A DNA stretch of 64,000 bases, taken from assembly GCA_947504115.1 (NCBI GenBank), contig CANNGH010000007.1, positions 61,904-125,903 on the forward strand, written 5' to 3'. Positions 37,225 through 45,135 of this stretch are shown here, in pieces. The notes below the pieces were generated by a model. That model worked only from the letters and a program-made list of their open reading frames with translations. It searched no databases and was not told the DNA's origin. Every line of letters starts with the position of its first letter. Within the stretch, counting starts at the first letter, position 1. A program made the translations under genes and the position numbers. This DNA is from an uncultured Sedimentitalea sp. (lineage in GTDB: Bacteria; Pseudomonadota; Alphaproteobacteria; Rhodobacterales; Rhodobacteraceae).

Positions 37225-37414
37225 CTATGTCAGATTTGGTTCTTTTGGTCCCCCGGAAGGTGCGATTTCTTGTACCAAAATGTCAACATATTTCCTGATC
37301 GCGCAAAATATTGGTGAAAAATGCAGCGAAAGGTGATACTTGCGGATCATGGGCCCTTCCAGTTTCGCACATAGGCTGGCGATATCGACCGCGTTCCCGC
37401 GCCTGTCCGTGGGC

Positions 37415-38650
37415 ATGAACGAGTCGGTGAACATCGGCTTTCTCGGCCCGCTCAGCGGTCCGGTGGAATCATGGGGCCTGCCGGGATTGAACGGCTGCCG
37501 GATCTGGGTGGACTGGCTGAACCGCAATGGCGGCCTGATGATCGGCGGGCGGCGCTATCCGATCGAGATCAAGGCATATGATTGCGGATATGACGGCGCG
37601 CGCGCGCTCGATGGTGCGCACGAACTGATCGAAAAACACGATATCAAGCTGCTGATGATGCTGGGCGGCGACACCTTTACGCCGCTGCGGGATTACCTGG
37701 GCGAACGGCGGATCCTGACCTCGACCCTGCTGCCCAGCGATCTCTCGCCCGACAGTCCCTATCTGATCGCCCCCAGCGAATTGCACCCGGTCTATAACGT
37801 GACGGGCGTCGAGTGGCTGGCGAAAAACCGTCCGGCGCTCAGAAAGGTTGCGCTGTGCAGTCAGAACGACGCGCTGGGGTTGCCGTCTCTTGCCACCTAC
37901 CGCGCAGCCTTTGCGGCCGAAAACATGCCGCTGGTCAAACAGATCCAGTATGACGCCGACCGCGCCGATGCGGCGGCGATCGTGCAGCCGATGCTGGAGG
38001 CCGACCCCGATATCCTGTGCTGGTGCACCAGCCACACACCGATGGTGCACGCGATGACGGAATACGCGCATGCGCAAGGGTTCAAGGGTCAGATTCTTTC
38101 GTGCACCATGGATCAGTACGATCGTCTGGTGGACCGCACCTCTGCCGAATTCATGGAGGATGTGGTGTTCCAGTTTCCGGATTTCGACGATCCGCTGCTG
38201 CGGGAAAAGGCATTCTTCTTCAATCAGCCGCATGTCTTCTTCGAGGAATACAACCGCCGCTTTCCCGGCACCTGGAGCGCGGTAAGCTGGGAATACGCGG
38301 CCATCCTGGACATCTGGCACAGCGCCGTCGAGAAGTGCAACAGCATCGGGTCGGGTTCGGTGCTGGCGGCGATGAAGCAACTGGGCCACGTCACCCATGC
38401 CTTCGGTCCGGCGCGCTGGTGGGGGCAGGACATGTTCGGCATCGACAATGCGCTGATCGGCGATTGGCCGGTGGTCACCATCCGGAACGGCAAGGCCCGG
38501 ATCGTCGGGTTCGGATCGCTTCCCGATTGGCTGGCGCGTCACGGGGATTTGCTGAAACAGGAAATGATGGCGCTGGGCCAGCTTTGGGATCAACGCGTTT
38601 CACGCGGCCACGGGTATATCAGCCAGCGCGATCGATCCGCGGTGCCGTGA
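37415..38650 (+). CDS. LivJ/AmiC-fold (type I) solute-binding protein paralogue WITHOUT an export signal (predicted cytoplasmic)
   Basis: ORF 37340..38650. ATG 37415 (MNESVNIGFLGPLSGPVESWGLPGLNGC…) aligns exactly with the mature N-terminus of the exported paralogue at 39851. The 25-aa upstream extension has no hydrophobic core. Confidence 0.75.
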   Translation: MNESVNIGFLGPLSGPVESWGLPGLNGCRIWVDWLNRNGGLMIGGRRYPIEIKAYDCGYDGARALDGAHELIEKHDIKLLMMLGGDTFTPLRDYLGERRILTSTLLPSDLSPDSPYLIAPSELHPVYNVTGVEWLAKNRPALRKVALCSQNDALGLPSLATYRAAFAAENMPLVKQIQYDADRADAAAIVQPMLEADPDILCWCTSHTPMVHAMTEYAHAQGFKGQILSCTMDQYDRLVDRTSAEFMEDVVFQFPDFDDPLLREKAFFFNQPHVFFEEYNRRFPGTWSAVSWEYAAILDIWHSAVEKCNSIGSGSVLAAMKQLGHVTHAFGPARWWGQDMFGIDNALIGDWPVVTIRNGKARIVGFGSLPDWLARHGDLLKQEMMALGQLWDQRVSRGHGYISQRDRSAVP

Positions 38651-39382
38651 TCACATATCCTGCAGCAGCAGCTTCTGCTCTTCGATCAGATGCAGCTTGA
38701 TAAGCTCGACCGCGCGCTCGACATCGCGCGACGCGATGGCGTTGAACAACGAGTTGTAGCGTTGCTGGTATTCCAGAATGCGTTTGGGCGTCAGATGCCG
38801 TCGCAGCAGCGTCGTGCGGAAACTGATACGGCAGGATTCGATGGCAAGCTCATAGCATGATGCCAGCAACGGATTGCGGGTTCCGGCGGCGATCTTGCGA
38901 TAGATGTTTTCCTCGCATTTCACGAAGGCAGACACATCGGTGCGCACGTTTTCGATCTCGGACATCAGCTGTTCCAGTTGCCGGATCTCGCGCGGGGTCA
39001 TGTTGATGACCGCAAGCCGCACCATCTCGGGTTCCAGAATGCCGCGCACCACCAGGTGATCCAGCGGGCTGGTCTCAAAGGCGATCGAATGATCCGCCGG
39101 CTCTGCCGGTGTGGGTTCGGACCGATAGGTAACGAAACTGCCGCTGCCCGGACGGCGCCTGATCACGTTGCGCGCCTCAAGGACATCCAGCGCCTCGCGC
39201 ACCGTATTGCGCGCGACACCCAATTCCGACGCCAGCGCGCGTTCGGATGGGAGGCGTGTATCCAGCGGATATTCCTCGTTCTTTATCTGGGCGAACAATC
39301 GGTCCAGCACCACCTGCACCGTCGCGCCGACAGAATGCGTTGCGATGATCTGCGAGGTCATTTCGGGGGTGTCGGTGCTCAT
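38651..39382 (-). CDS. GntR family transcriptional regulator (FadR/FCD subfamily)
   Basis: ORF 38651..39631 trimmed to ATG 39382 (MSTDTPEMTSQ…). The wHTH is LPSERALASELGVARNTVREALDVLEARNVI, followed by an all-helical FCD-type C-terminal domain. Its stop codon directly abuts the stop of the 37415 gene. Confidence 0.85.
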   Translation of the reverse strand: MSTDTPEMTSQIIATHSVGATVQVVLDRLFAQIKNEEYPLDTRLPSERALASELGVARNTVREALDVLEARNVIRRRPGSGSFVTYRSEPTPAEPADHSIAFETSPLDHLVVRGILEPEMVRLAVINMTPREIRQLEQLMSEIENVRTDVSAFVKCEENIYRKIAAGTRNPLLASCYELAIESCRISFRTTLLRRHLTPKRILEYQQRYNSLFNAIASRDVERAVELIKLHLIEEQKLLLQDM

Positions 39383-39850
39383 TCCTGGGCCTTGAGTAAA
39401 ATTATCCGCCCGCCGATGCCCTGCGAATCTTGACAGGCTGGCAAGACGAGTTTGCAGCATTTGTCGAATCTGGTCCAGTGACGTCGCGAAAAATGCGACT
39501 TCCCGGTGCCAATCCGTGAACCGCCTTGCCGGAAAACGGTCCTGCGGCGGTATGGAATCGGTCCGCCTTTTGAAACTGGATTCCGCTCGAAAATGCCTGC
39601 TTTTCAACTGTTTCAACGCTGAAGACACCAAGGAAAGGCAACAACAGCAAAGGCTAACGGCAGGTGGCGCAATTAAATTTCTTGTCAGAAAATTGGTATG
39701 CTGCTAGCGTTTTCGTCAGAGGAACCGCGGGAATTTCCGTTCCGGCTGTAGAAACTGGTGCAGCACCCAAGGCTGCACCCTAGATCGGTCTGAAATTGGT
39801 TTCCAAAAAAATCCACGCAAAAAATTGCGGGAACCAACTGGGAGAAGAAA

Positions 39851-41143
39851 ATGATTACCAAGGCTTTCAACGGCGGCTTTTCCCGCCGCATGTTTTTAAA
39901 ATCGAGCGCCGTGACGGCGCTGGGCGCGGCGCTGCCGAATGTCACGCTGGCCGCCGGCGAGACCATCAAGATCGGATTCCTGGCCCCGCTGACCGGCGCG
40001 GTCGCGGCATGGGGCACGCCCGGCCTTGAAGGGTGCAAGATCTGGGCCGAGCGGGTGAACGAAGCGGGCGGCATCAAGCTGGAAGATGGCGAACACAAGA
40101 TCGAGTTCGTCTCCTATGACAACGAATATGATCCCGCCAAGGCCCGCACCGGTGCCACGAAACTGATTCGCGAGGACGGTGTCAGCTTCGTCATGATGCT
40201 GGGCGGGGACACCTGGCCGGGGGTGCAGCCGGTCGCGGACAAGACGGGCATGCTGTTCTCGACCCTGCTGCCATCGGATCTGTCGCCAGACACGCCGACC
40301 CTTCTGGCGCCGACCGAGGTGCACCCGATCTATCTGGTGACCGGGGTGGAATGGCTGGCCGAGAACCGGCCCGAGTTGAAAACCGCCGTGATGTGCGCGC
40401 AGGACGATGCGCTGGGCCTGCCCTCGGTCGCCACGTATCTGGCCGCGTTCGAGGCCGCCGGGATCGAGATGCAGGACGAACCGTTGCTGTTCGACCCCGC
40501 AACCACCGATTTCGCGCCGGTGGTGACGCGCCTGCTGTCCACCAACCCCGATATCGTCTGTCTGGACACCTGCTATTCCGACTATGTCCACCCGATCTGC
40601 GAGCAACTGTTCCAGCAGGGGTTCAAGGGGCAGATCATATCGGCGACGGCGGATTTCTATGACCAGATCATCGCCAAGACCTCCAAGGAATTCATGGAAG
40701 GGTTCATCTTCCAGTTCCCCGATTTCGACGATCCGGCGCTGAATGCCGACAACATCAACTTTCCCGATCCCAACGGTTTCTATGCCGAATACAACAAGCG
40801 GTATCCGGGCCAGTGGGGCGCGGTCAGCTGGGAATACGCGTCGATCATGGAGCTTTGGAAGGCCGGCGCCGAAAAGGCGGGCAGCGTGGATCCCGACGCG
40901 GTTCTTGCCGCGATGCAGGAGGGTGGCAAGGGCCAGCACGCCTTCGGCGAGGCCGAATGGTGGGGCGAGGAGCTGTTCGGCATCAACAACGCGCTGGTCG
41001 GTGACTGGCCGGTCGTGGTGATCGAGGACGGCAAGGCGACCATCAAGGGGTTCAAGTCGATTCCGGCCTGGTATGACAAGCATGGCGATCTGCTGATCAA
41101 GCACATGACAGCCTATGACCAGATGTGGAACCAGCGAAGCTGA
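39851..41143 (+). CDS. ABC transporter substrate-binding protein (LivJ/amide-urea type), exported
   Basis: 430 aa, with GGAGAA upstream of the ATG. The Tat-like signal is FSRRMFLKSSAVTALGAALPNVTLAAG. The mature domain is collinear with the 37415 protein. Confidence 0.9.
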   Translation: MITKAFNGGFSRRMFLKSSAVTALGAALPNVTLAAGETIKIGFLAPLTGAVAAWGTPGLEGCKIWAERVNEAGGIKLEDGEHKIEFVSYDNEYDPAKARTGATKLIREDGVSFVMMLGGDTWPGVQPVADKTGMLFSTLLPSDLSPDTPTLLAPTEVHPIYLVTGVEWLAENRPELKTAVMCAQDDALGLPSVATYLAAFEAAGIEMQDEPLLFDPATTDFAPVVTRLLSTNPDIVCLDTCYSDYVHPICEQLFQQGFKGQIISATADFYDQIIAKTSKEFMEGFIFQFPDFDDPALNADNINFPDPNGFYAEYNKRYPGQWGAVSWEYASIMELWKAGAEKAGSVDPDAVLAAMQEGGKGQHAFGEAEWWGEELFGINNALVGDWPVVVIEDGKATIKGFKSIPAWYDKHGDLLIKHMTAYDQMWNQRS

Positions 41144-41217
41144 ATTGACACGCGGCTCCACCGGCGGCGCATGCTCCCTGCCTGCGTCGCCGACATTTGC
41201 AGAAATCGAGAATCGAT

Positions 41218-42087
41218 ATGTTTGAACTTCTGGCCCAAACCGGCCTGAACGCAGTCTATGCTGCCAGCTATATTTCACTGGTCGCGGTCGGGCTGGTTCT
41301 GATCTTCGGCGTCATGGGCGTCGTCAATTTCGCGCATGGCGAATTGTTCATGGCGGGATCATACGTCGTCGTCGCGCTATATGCCGACAGGTTCGTTCCC
41401 TTCTTCGTCGCGGTGGCGGCGGGGCTGGTCTTTGTCGGCCTTCTGGGCCTGTTGATGGAGCGCGCGTTGTTCCGCCCCCTGCGGGACAACCCGCTGGGCG
41501 GGCTGGTCGCCTCGATCGGGTTCCTGATGATCCTGCAGGCGCTGGCGGTGCTGGGCTTCGGTGTGCGGATGGAGCACATCCCCCCGGTGACGCAGGAGGT
41601 GATCGCCTTTTCCGACCGGGTGCGTTTGCCGGTTGCGCGGCTTTACGTGATCGTCGCCGCAATCGTGATGCTGTCGCTGCTATGGTACTTCCTCAAACGC
41701 ACGCGGTTCGGCTGGGCCTTGCGGGCCTCGGCGCAGGATCCGCAGGCGGCGGCGCTTCAGGGCATATCGGTGACGCTGACCGCCAAGATCGCGATGTTCA
41801 TCGGCGCGGGCTTTGCCGGATTGGCCGGGGCGCTGACGGCGCCGCTGGTCTCGGTGAACCCATATATGGGCCACTCGATCATCGTGACCGCCTTCATCGT
41901 GATCATCGTGGGCGGCGTCGGATCGCTGGAAGGGGCGGTGCTGGCCTCGATCGTCTATGCGTTCGTCCACACCTTCGTCACCACGTTTTACGACGGCGTG
42001 CTTGCCGACATCACCGGATTGGCGCTGATGCTGATCGTGCTGATCGTCAAGCCCACCGGCCTGTTCGGGAGTGCGGATCGTGCGTAA
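41218..42087 (+). CDS. branched-chain-amino-acid-type ABC transporter permease (LivH-like)
   Basis: ORF 41197..42087 trimmed to ATG 41218 (MFELLAQTGLNAVYAASYISLVAVGLVLIFGVMGVVNFAHGE…), a typical LivH N-terminus. Confidence 0.9.
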   Translation: MFELLAQTGLNAVYAASYISLVAVGLVLIFGVMGVVNFAHGELFMAGSYVVVALYADRFVPFFVAVAAGLVFVGLLGLLMERALFRPLRDNPLGGLVASIGFLMILQALAVLGFGVRMEHIPPVTQEVIAFSDRVRLPVARLYVIVAAIVMLSLLWYFLKRTRFGWALRASAQDPQAAALQGISVTLTAKIAMFIGAGFAGLAGALTAPLVSVNPYMGHSIIVTAFIVIIVGGVGSLEGAVLASIVYAFVHTFVTTFYDGVLADITGLALMLIVLIVKPTGLFGSADRA

Positions 42088-43057
42088 CCTCATCATCTGG
42101 ATCGCTCTCGCCGCAGGGCTGATCGTCCTACCCAATGTCCTCAGCTTCTCGCAGCAGGAAGTGCTGGTTTTCCTGACGATCAACATCCTGTTGGTCGCCT
42201 CCTACCGCCTGCTGACGCTGACCGGCGAATGGTCGCTGGGGCATGTGGTCATCATGGGCGTGGGCGCCTATGCCTCGGCGCTGCTGACGAAGACCACGGG
42301 CCTTCCGGTGCCGCTGGGCATCCTTGCCGGCGGCATGGTCGCGGCGCTGATCGCACTGGCGCTCAGCTATCCGCTGTTCCGCATGAAGGGGTTCTATTTC
42401 CTGATCGGCAGCTTTGCCGCCGGTGAAATCATCCGCCTGTTGTGGAAACGTTTCCGCGACCCGTTCGGCGGCACCAAGGGCCTCAAGGGGATCGACCCGA
42501 TGCCGGATTTCTCGGTCGGGTTCTACAATTTCGATTTCTTCGAGCCGACCAGCTATTTCTATTTCGCGGCCATCGTCGTGGGCGTCTGCCTGTGGATCCT
42601 GTGGCGGATCGAGAAATCGCCGGTCGGGCTGACCTTTCACGCGGTCCACTGGCAGGACAAGCTGGCGCAGGCGTCGGGCGTCAATCTGCGCGCCTATCGC
42701 ACGCTGGCCTTCGTCATCGCCTCCGGGTTCGCGGGGATCTCGGGCGCGCTGCTGGCGCATTACATCGGAACGATCAACCCCAACAGCTTTGACGTCGAGG
42801 TGATGGTGTTCGTCCTGACATGGGCCATCGTGGGTGGCACCAGCACGTTCTACGGCCCGATCCTTGGCTGCGTCGTGCTGACCATCCTGAACGAGGTCGT
42901 GCTGCGCGAACTGGGCCTCGAACAGACGCGGCCGCTGATCTACGGGCTGATCCTGATCCTGTCGATCCTGTTCATGCCGAACGGTCTGGAAAGCATCGTG
43001 CAGAAATTCACCCGCCGGAAAGAAGCCGGTCTCATGCGTCCGGAGGAAGCGAAATGA
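42071..43057 (+). CDS. branched-chain-amino-acid-type ABC transporter permease (LivM-like)
   Basis: 328 aa with a GTG start that overlaps the livH-like 3' end. …LLTLTGEWSLGHVVIMGVGAY… is LivM-like. Confidence 0.85.
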   Translation: MRIVRNLIIWIALAAGLIVLPNVLSFSQQEVLVFLTINILLVASYRLLTLTGEWSLGHVVIMGVGAYASALLTKTTGLPVPLGILAGGMVAALIALALSYPLFRMKGFYFLIGSFAAGEIIRLLWKRFRDPFGGTKGLKGIDPMPDFSVGFYNFDFFEPTSYFYFAAIVVGVCLWILWRIEKSPVGLTFHAVHWQDKLAQASGVNLRAYRTLAFVIASGFAGISGALLAHYIGTINPNSFDVEVMVFVLTWAIVGGTSTFYGPILGCVVLTILNEVVLRELGLEQTRPLIYGLILILSILFMPNGLESIVQKFTRRKEAGLMRPEEAK

Positions 43058-43821
43058 CATCTCTTTTGCAGGTAAAGGACCTGACCATGCGCTTTGGCGG
43101 CCTGACCGCCGTGGACGGCCTGAACTTCAAGGTCGAGAAGGGCACCATTCACGGCCTGATCGGACCGAACGGAGCGGGCAAGACCACGACCTTCAACATG
43201 ATATCGGGGTTTTACACACCGTCGGACGGCGCGGTGCTGTTGCGGGGCGAGGATATTTCCGGCCTTCAGATGCACGAGGTCGCCCGCCGCGGCGTGGTGC
43301 GCACGTTCCAGCATTCGACCCTGTTCGCCGAACTGACCGTGCTGGAAAACGCGCTGGTCGGCACGCACATGCCGTTTCGCCCGAACATCTTTGCCGCGAT
43401 CTTCGGCTGGGACAGGGACGACCGCGATGGCGCCGATGCCCGCGCCCGCGATGCGCTGCGCTTCTTCGGTCTCGGCGATCTGATGAACGAGCACGCCGGA
43501 GATCTGTCGCACGGTCATCAGCGGGCTTTGGGCATGGCCGTGGCCTATGCCAGCCATCCCGACATCATCCTTCTGGACGAACCCTTTACCGGCATGAACC
43601 CCGAAGAGACCAAGCACATGATGGGCCTGATGAAACGCCTGTGCAGCGACGGCATCACCATCCTGCTGGTGGAACACGACATGCAGGCGATCATGGGTCT
43701 GTGCGACAACATCACCTGCATGAGTTTCGGGAAGTTCCTCGCCGAGGGCGGACCGGCCGAAATCCGCAACCACCCCGCCGTGATCGAAGCCTACCTGGGA
43801 GGCGCGCGCCATGTTGCTTGA
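43054..43821 (+). CDS. ABC transporter ATP-binding protein (LivG-like)
   Basis: ORF 42820..43821 trimmed to ATG 43054 (MTSLLQVKDLTMRFGGLTAVDGL…), overlapping the upstream stop as ATGA. Walker A is GPNGAGKTT. The signature region is LSHGHQRAL and Walker B is ILLDEP. Confidence 0.9.
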   Translation: MTSLLQVKDLTMRFGGLTAVDGLNFKVEKGTIHGLIGPNGAGKTTTFNMISGFYTPSDGAVLLRGEDISGLQMHEVARRGVVRTFQHSTLFAELTVLENALVGTHMPFRPNIFAAIFGWDRDDRDGADARARDALRFFGLGDLMNEHAGDLSHGHQRALGMAVAYASHPDIILLDEPFTGMNPEETKHMMGLMKRLCSDGITILLVEHDMQAIMGLCDNITCMSFGKFLAEGGPAEIRNHPAVIEAYLGGARHVA

Positions 43822-44518
43822 AATGCGCGATATCAGCGTGAATTACGGCAAGATCTCGGCGATCCGCCACATCACGATCAACGTCCCCGAGGGCGAAATC
43901 GTCACCATCATCGGCGGCAACGGCGCGGGCAAGACGACAAGCCTGCGCGCCATGTCGGGGATGCTGCCCCTGAAAAGCGGCGAAATCCATTTCGACGGCA
44001 AGCGGATCGACGGGATGCCGCCGTACAAGATCGTATCGCATGGCATCGCCCATGTGCCCGAGGGTCGGCGCATCTTTCCCGACATGACGGTCGAGGAAAA
44101 CCTGCGCACCGGGGCGTTCCTGCGCAAGGACAAGGCCAAGGTCGAAAAGGATCTCCAGGACGTGTTCGACCGCTTCCCGCGCCTGCGCGAGCGGCGGCGA
44201 CAGCGGGCGCAGACCATGTCGGGCGGCGAACAGCAGATGCTGGCGATCGGGCGCGCGCTGATGTCCGACCCGCGCATATTGCTTATGGACGAGCCGTCGA
44301 TGGGCCTGGCCCCCGTCATCGTCGAGGAAATCGCCGTGATCATCGAGGAAATCAACGCCCGCGGCCTGTCGGTGGTTCTGGTCGAACAGAACGCGGTGCT
44401 GGCGCTGGAACTGGCGAACCACGCCTACGTTCTGGAATCCGGCAACATGGCACTGGAGGGACCGGCAAGTGAGCTTCATGACAACGAACATGTCCGGGCG
44501 GCGTATCTGGGGCTTTGA
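43811..44518 (+). CDS. ABC transporter ATP-binding protein (LivF-like)
   Basis: 235 aa. Walker A is GGNGAGKTT, the signature is MSGGEQQML and Walker B is LLMDEPS. Confidence 0.9.
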   Translation: MLLEMRDISVNYGKISAIRHITINVPEGEIVTIIGGNGAGKTTSLRAMSGMLPLKSGEIHFDGKRIDGMPPYKIVSHGIAHVPEGRRIFPDMTVEENLRTGAFLRKDKAKVEKDLQDVFDRFPRLRERRRQRAQTMSGGEQQMLAIGRALMSDPRILLMDEPSMGLAPVIVEEIAVIIEEINARGLSVVLVEQNAVLALELANHAYVLESGNMALEGPASELHDNEHVRAAYLGL

Positions 44519-45083
44519 CCGCGACGACCGCGAGATGCAGGCGGCCCGCGCCGCTGGCTGGTCGCGCGCCGATCTGGTCTGGGAACGGTTGATGGAGGCG
44601 GCGAACGAGCGTTACGGGAACGGCCACGCCGTCCGGTCCGCCGCGCTGTTCCGGCAGGCCGATCTGCTGGCGCGGCTGGCCTTTGCGCGCGACGATCTGC
44701 GCGGTGCCGCCTCGGCGGCCAGCCGGGCGCGGATCGCCATGGCGCAGGGAAAGCTGGCAAAGGCGCAGGCCCTGCAATGCCGTGCACTGAGCCTCTGGCG
44801 CAATGCGCCCGCGCAGATTGCCCTGATGAAGATCGCGCCGCGCGCGCGCAGTTCCCTGTTCCATCTGCGCATGGAGGTGAAACACCGCGACACGTTCCAC
44901 GACAACATGCGCACCCGGTTCGCCCGCTTCGCCGCCGAAACCGAAGAAACCCTGCGCGGCCTGACCACCCCTGCCCCGCCGCCGCACCGGCATTTCGCCC
45001 GCTGGCGCGGCGAACGGCCCGGCATGTATGACGACACCCGCAAGATCATCGGCGCCTGCCTGCTGATCGTCGACTTACCGTAA
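44490..45083 (+). CDS. hypothetical protein (Ala/Arg-rich, predicted soluble and helical), last gene of the ABC operon
   Basis: ORF 44469..45083 has high third-position GC in frame. I recognise no family. Candidate starts are GTG 44469, ATG 44478, ATG 44490 and ATG 44535; the first three overlap the livF-like 3' end. A strong terminator follows. Confidence 0.55.
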   Translation: MSGRRIWGFDRDDREMQAARAAGWSRADLVWERLMEAANERYGNGHAVRSAALFRQADLLARLAFARDDLRGAASAASRARIAMAQGKLAKAQALQCRALSLWRNAPAQIALMKIAPRARSSLFHLRMEVKHRDTFHDNMRTRFARFAAETEETLRGLTTPAPPPHRHFARWRGERPGMYDDTRKIIGACLLIVDLP

Positions 45084-45086
45084 GCA

Positions 45087-45117
45087 AAAGCCCCGGAATT
45101 TCTTCCGGGGCTTTTTC
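45087..45117. terminator. bidirectional intrinsic terminator between the ABC operon and tdm
   Basis: AAAA-GCCCCGGAA-tttc-TTCCGGGGC-TTTTT: a perfect 9-bp stem with an A-run on one side and a T-run on the other. Confidence 0.8.
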
Positions 45118-45135
45118 GTCCTTCTGTCGTCCGGC

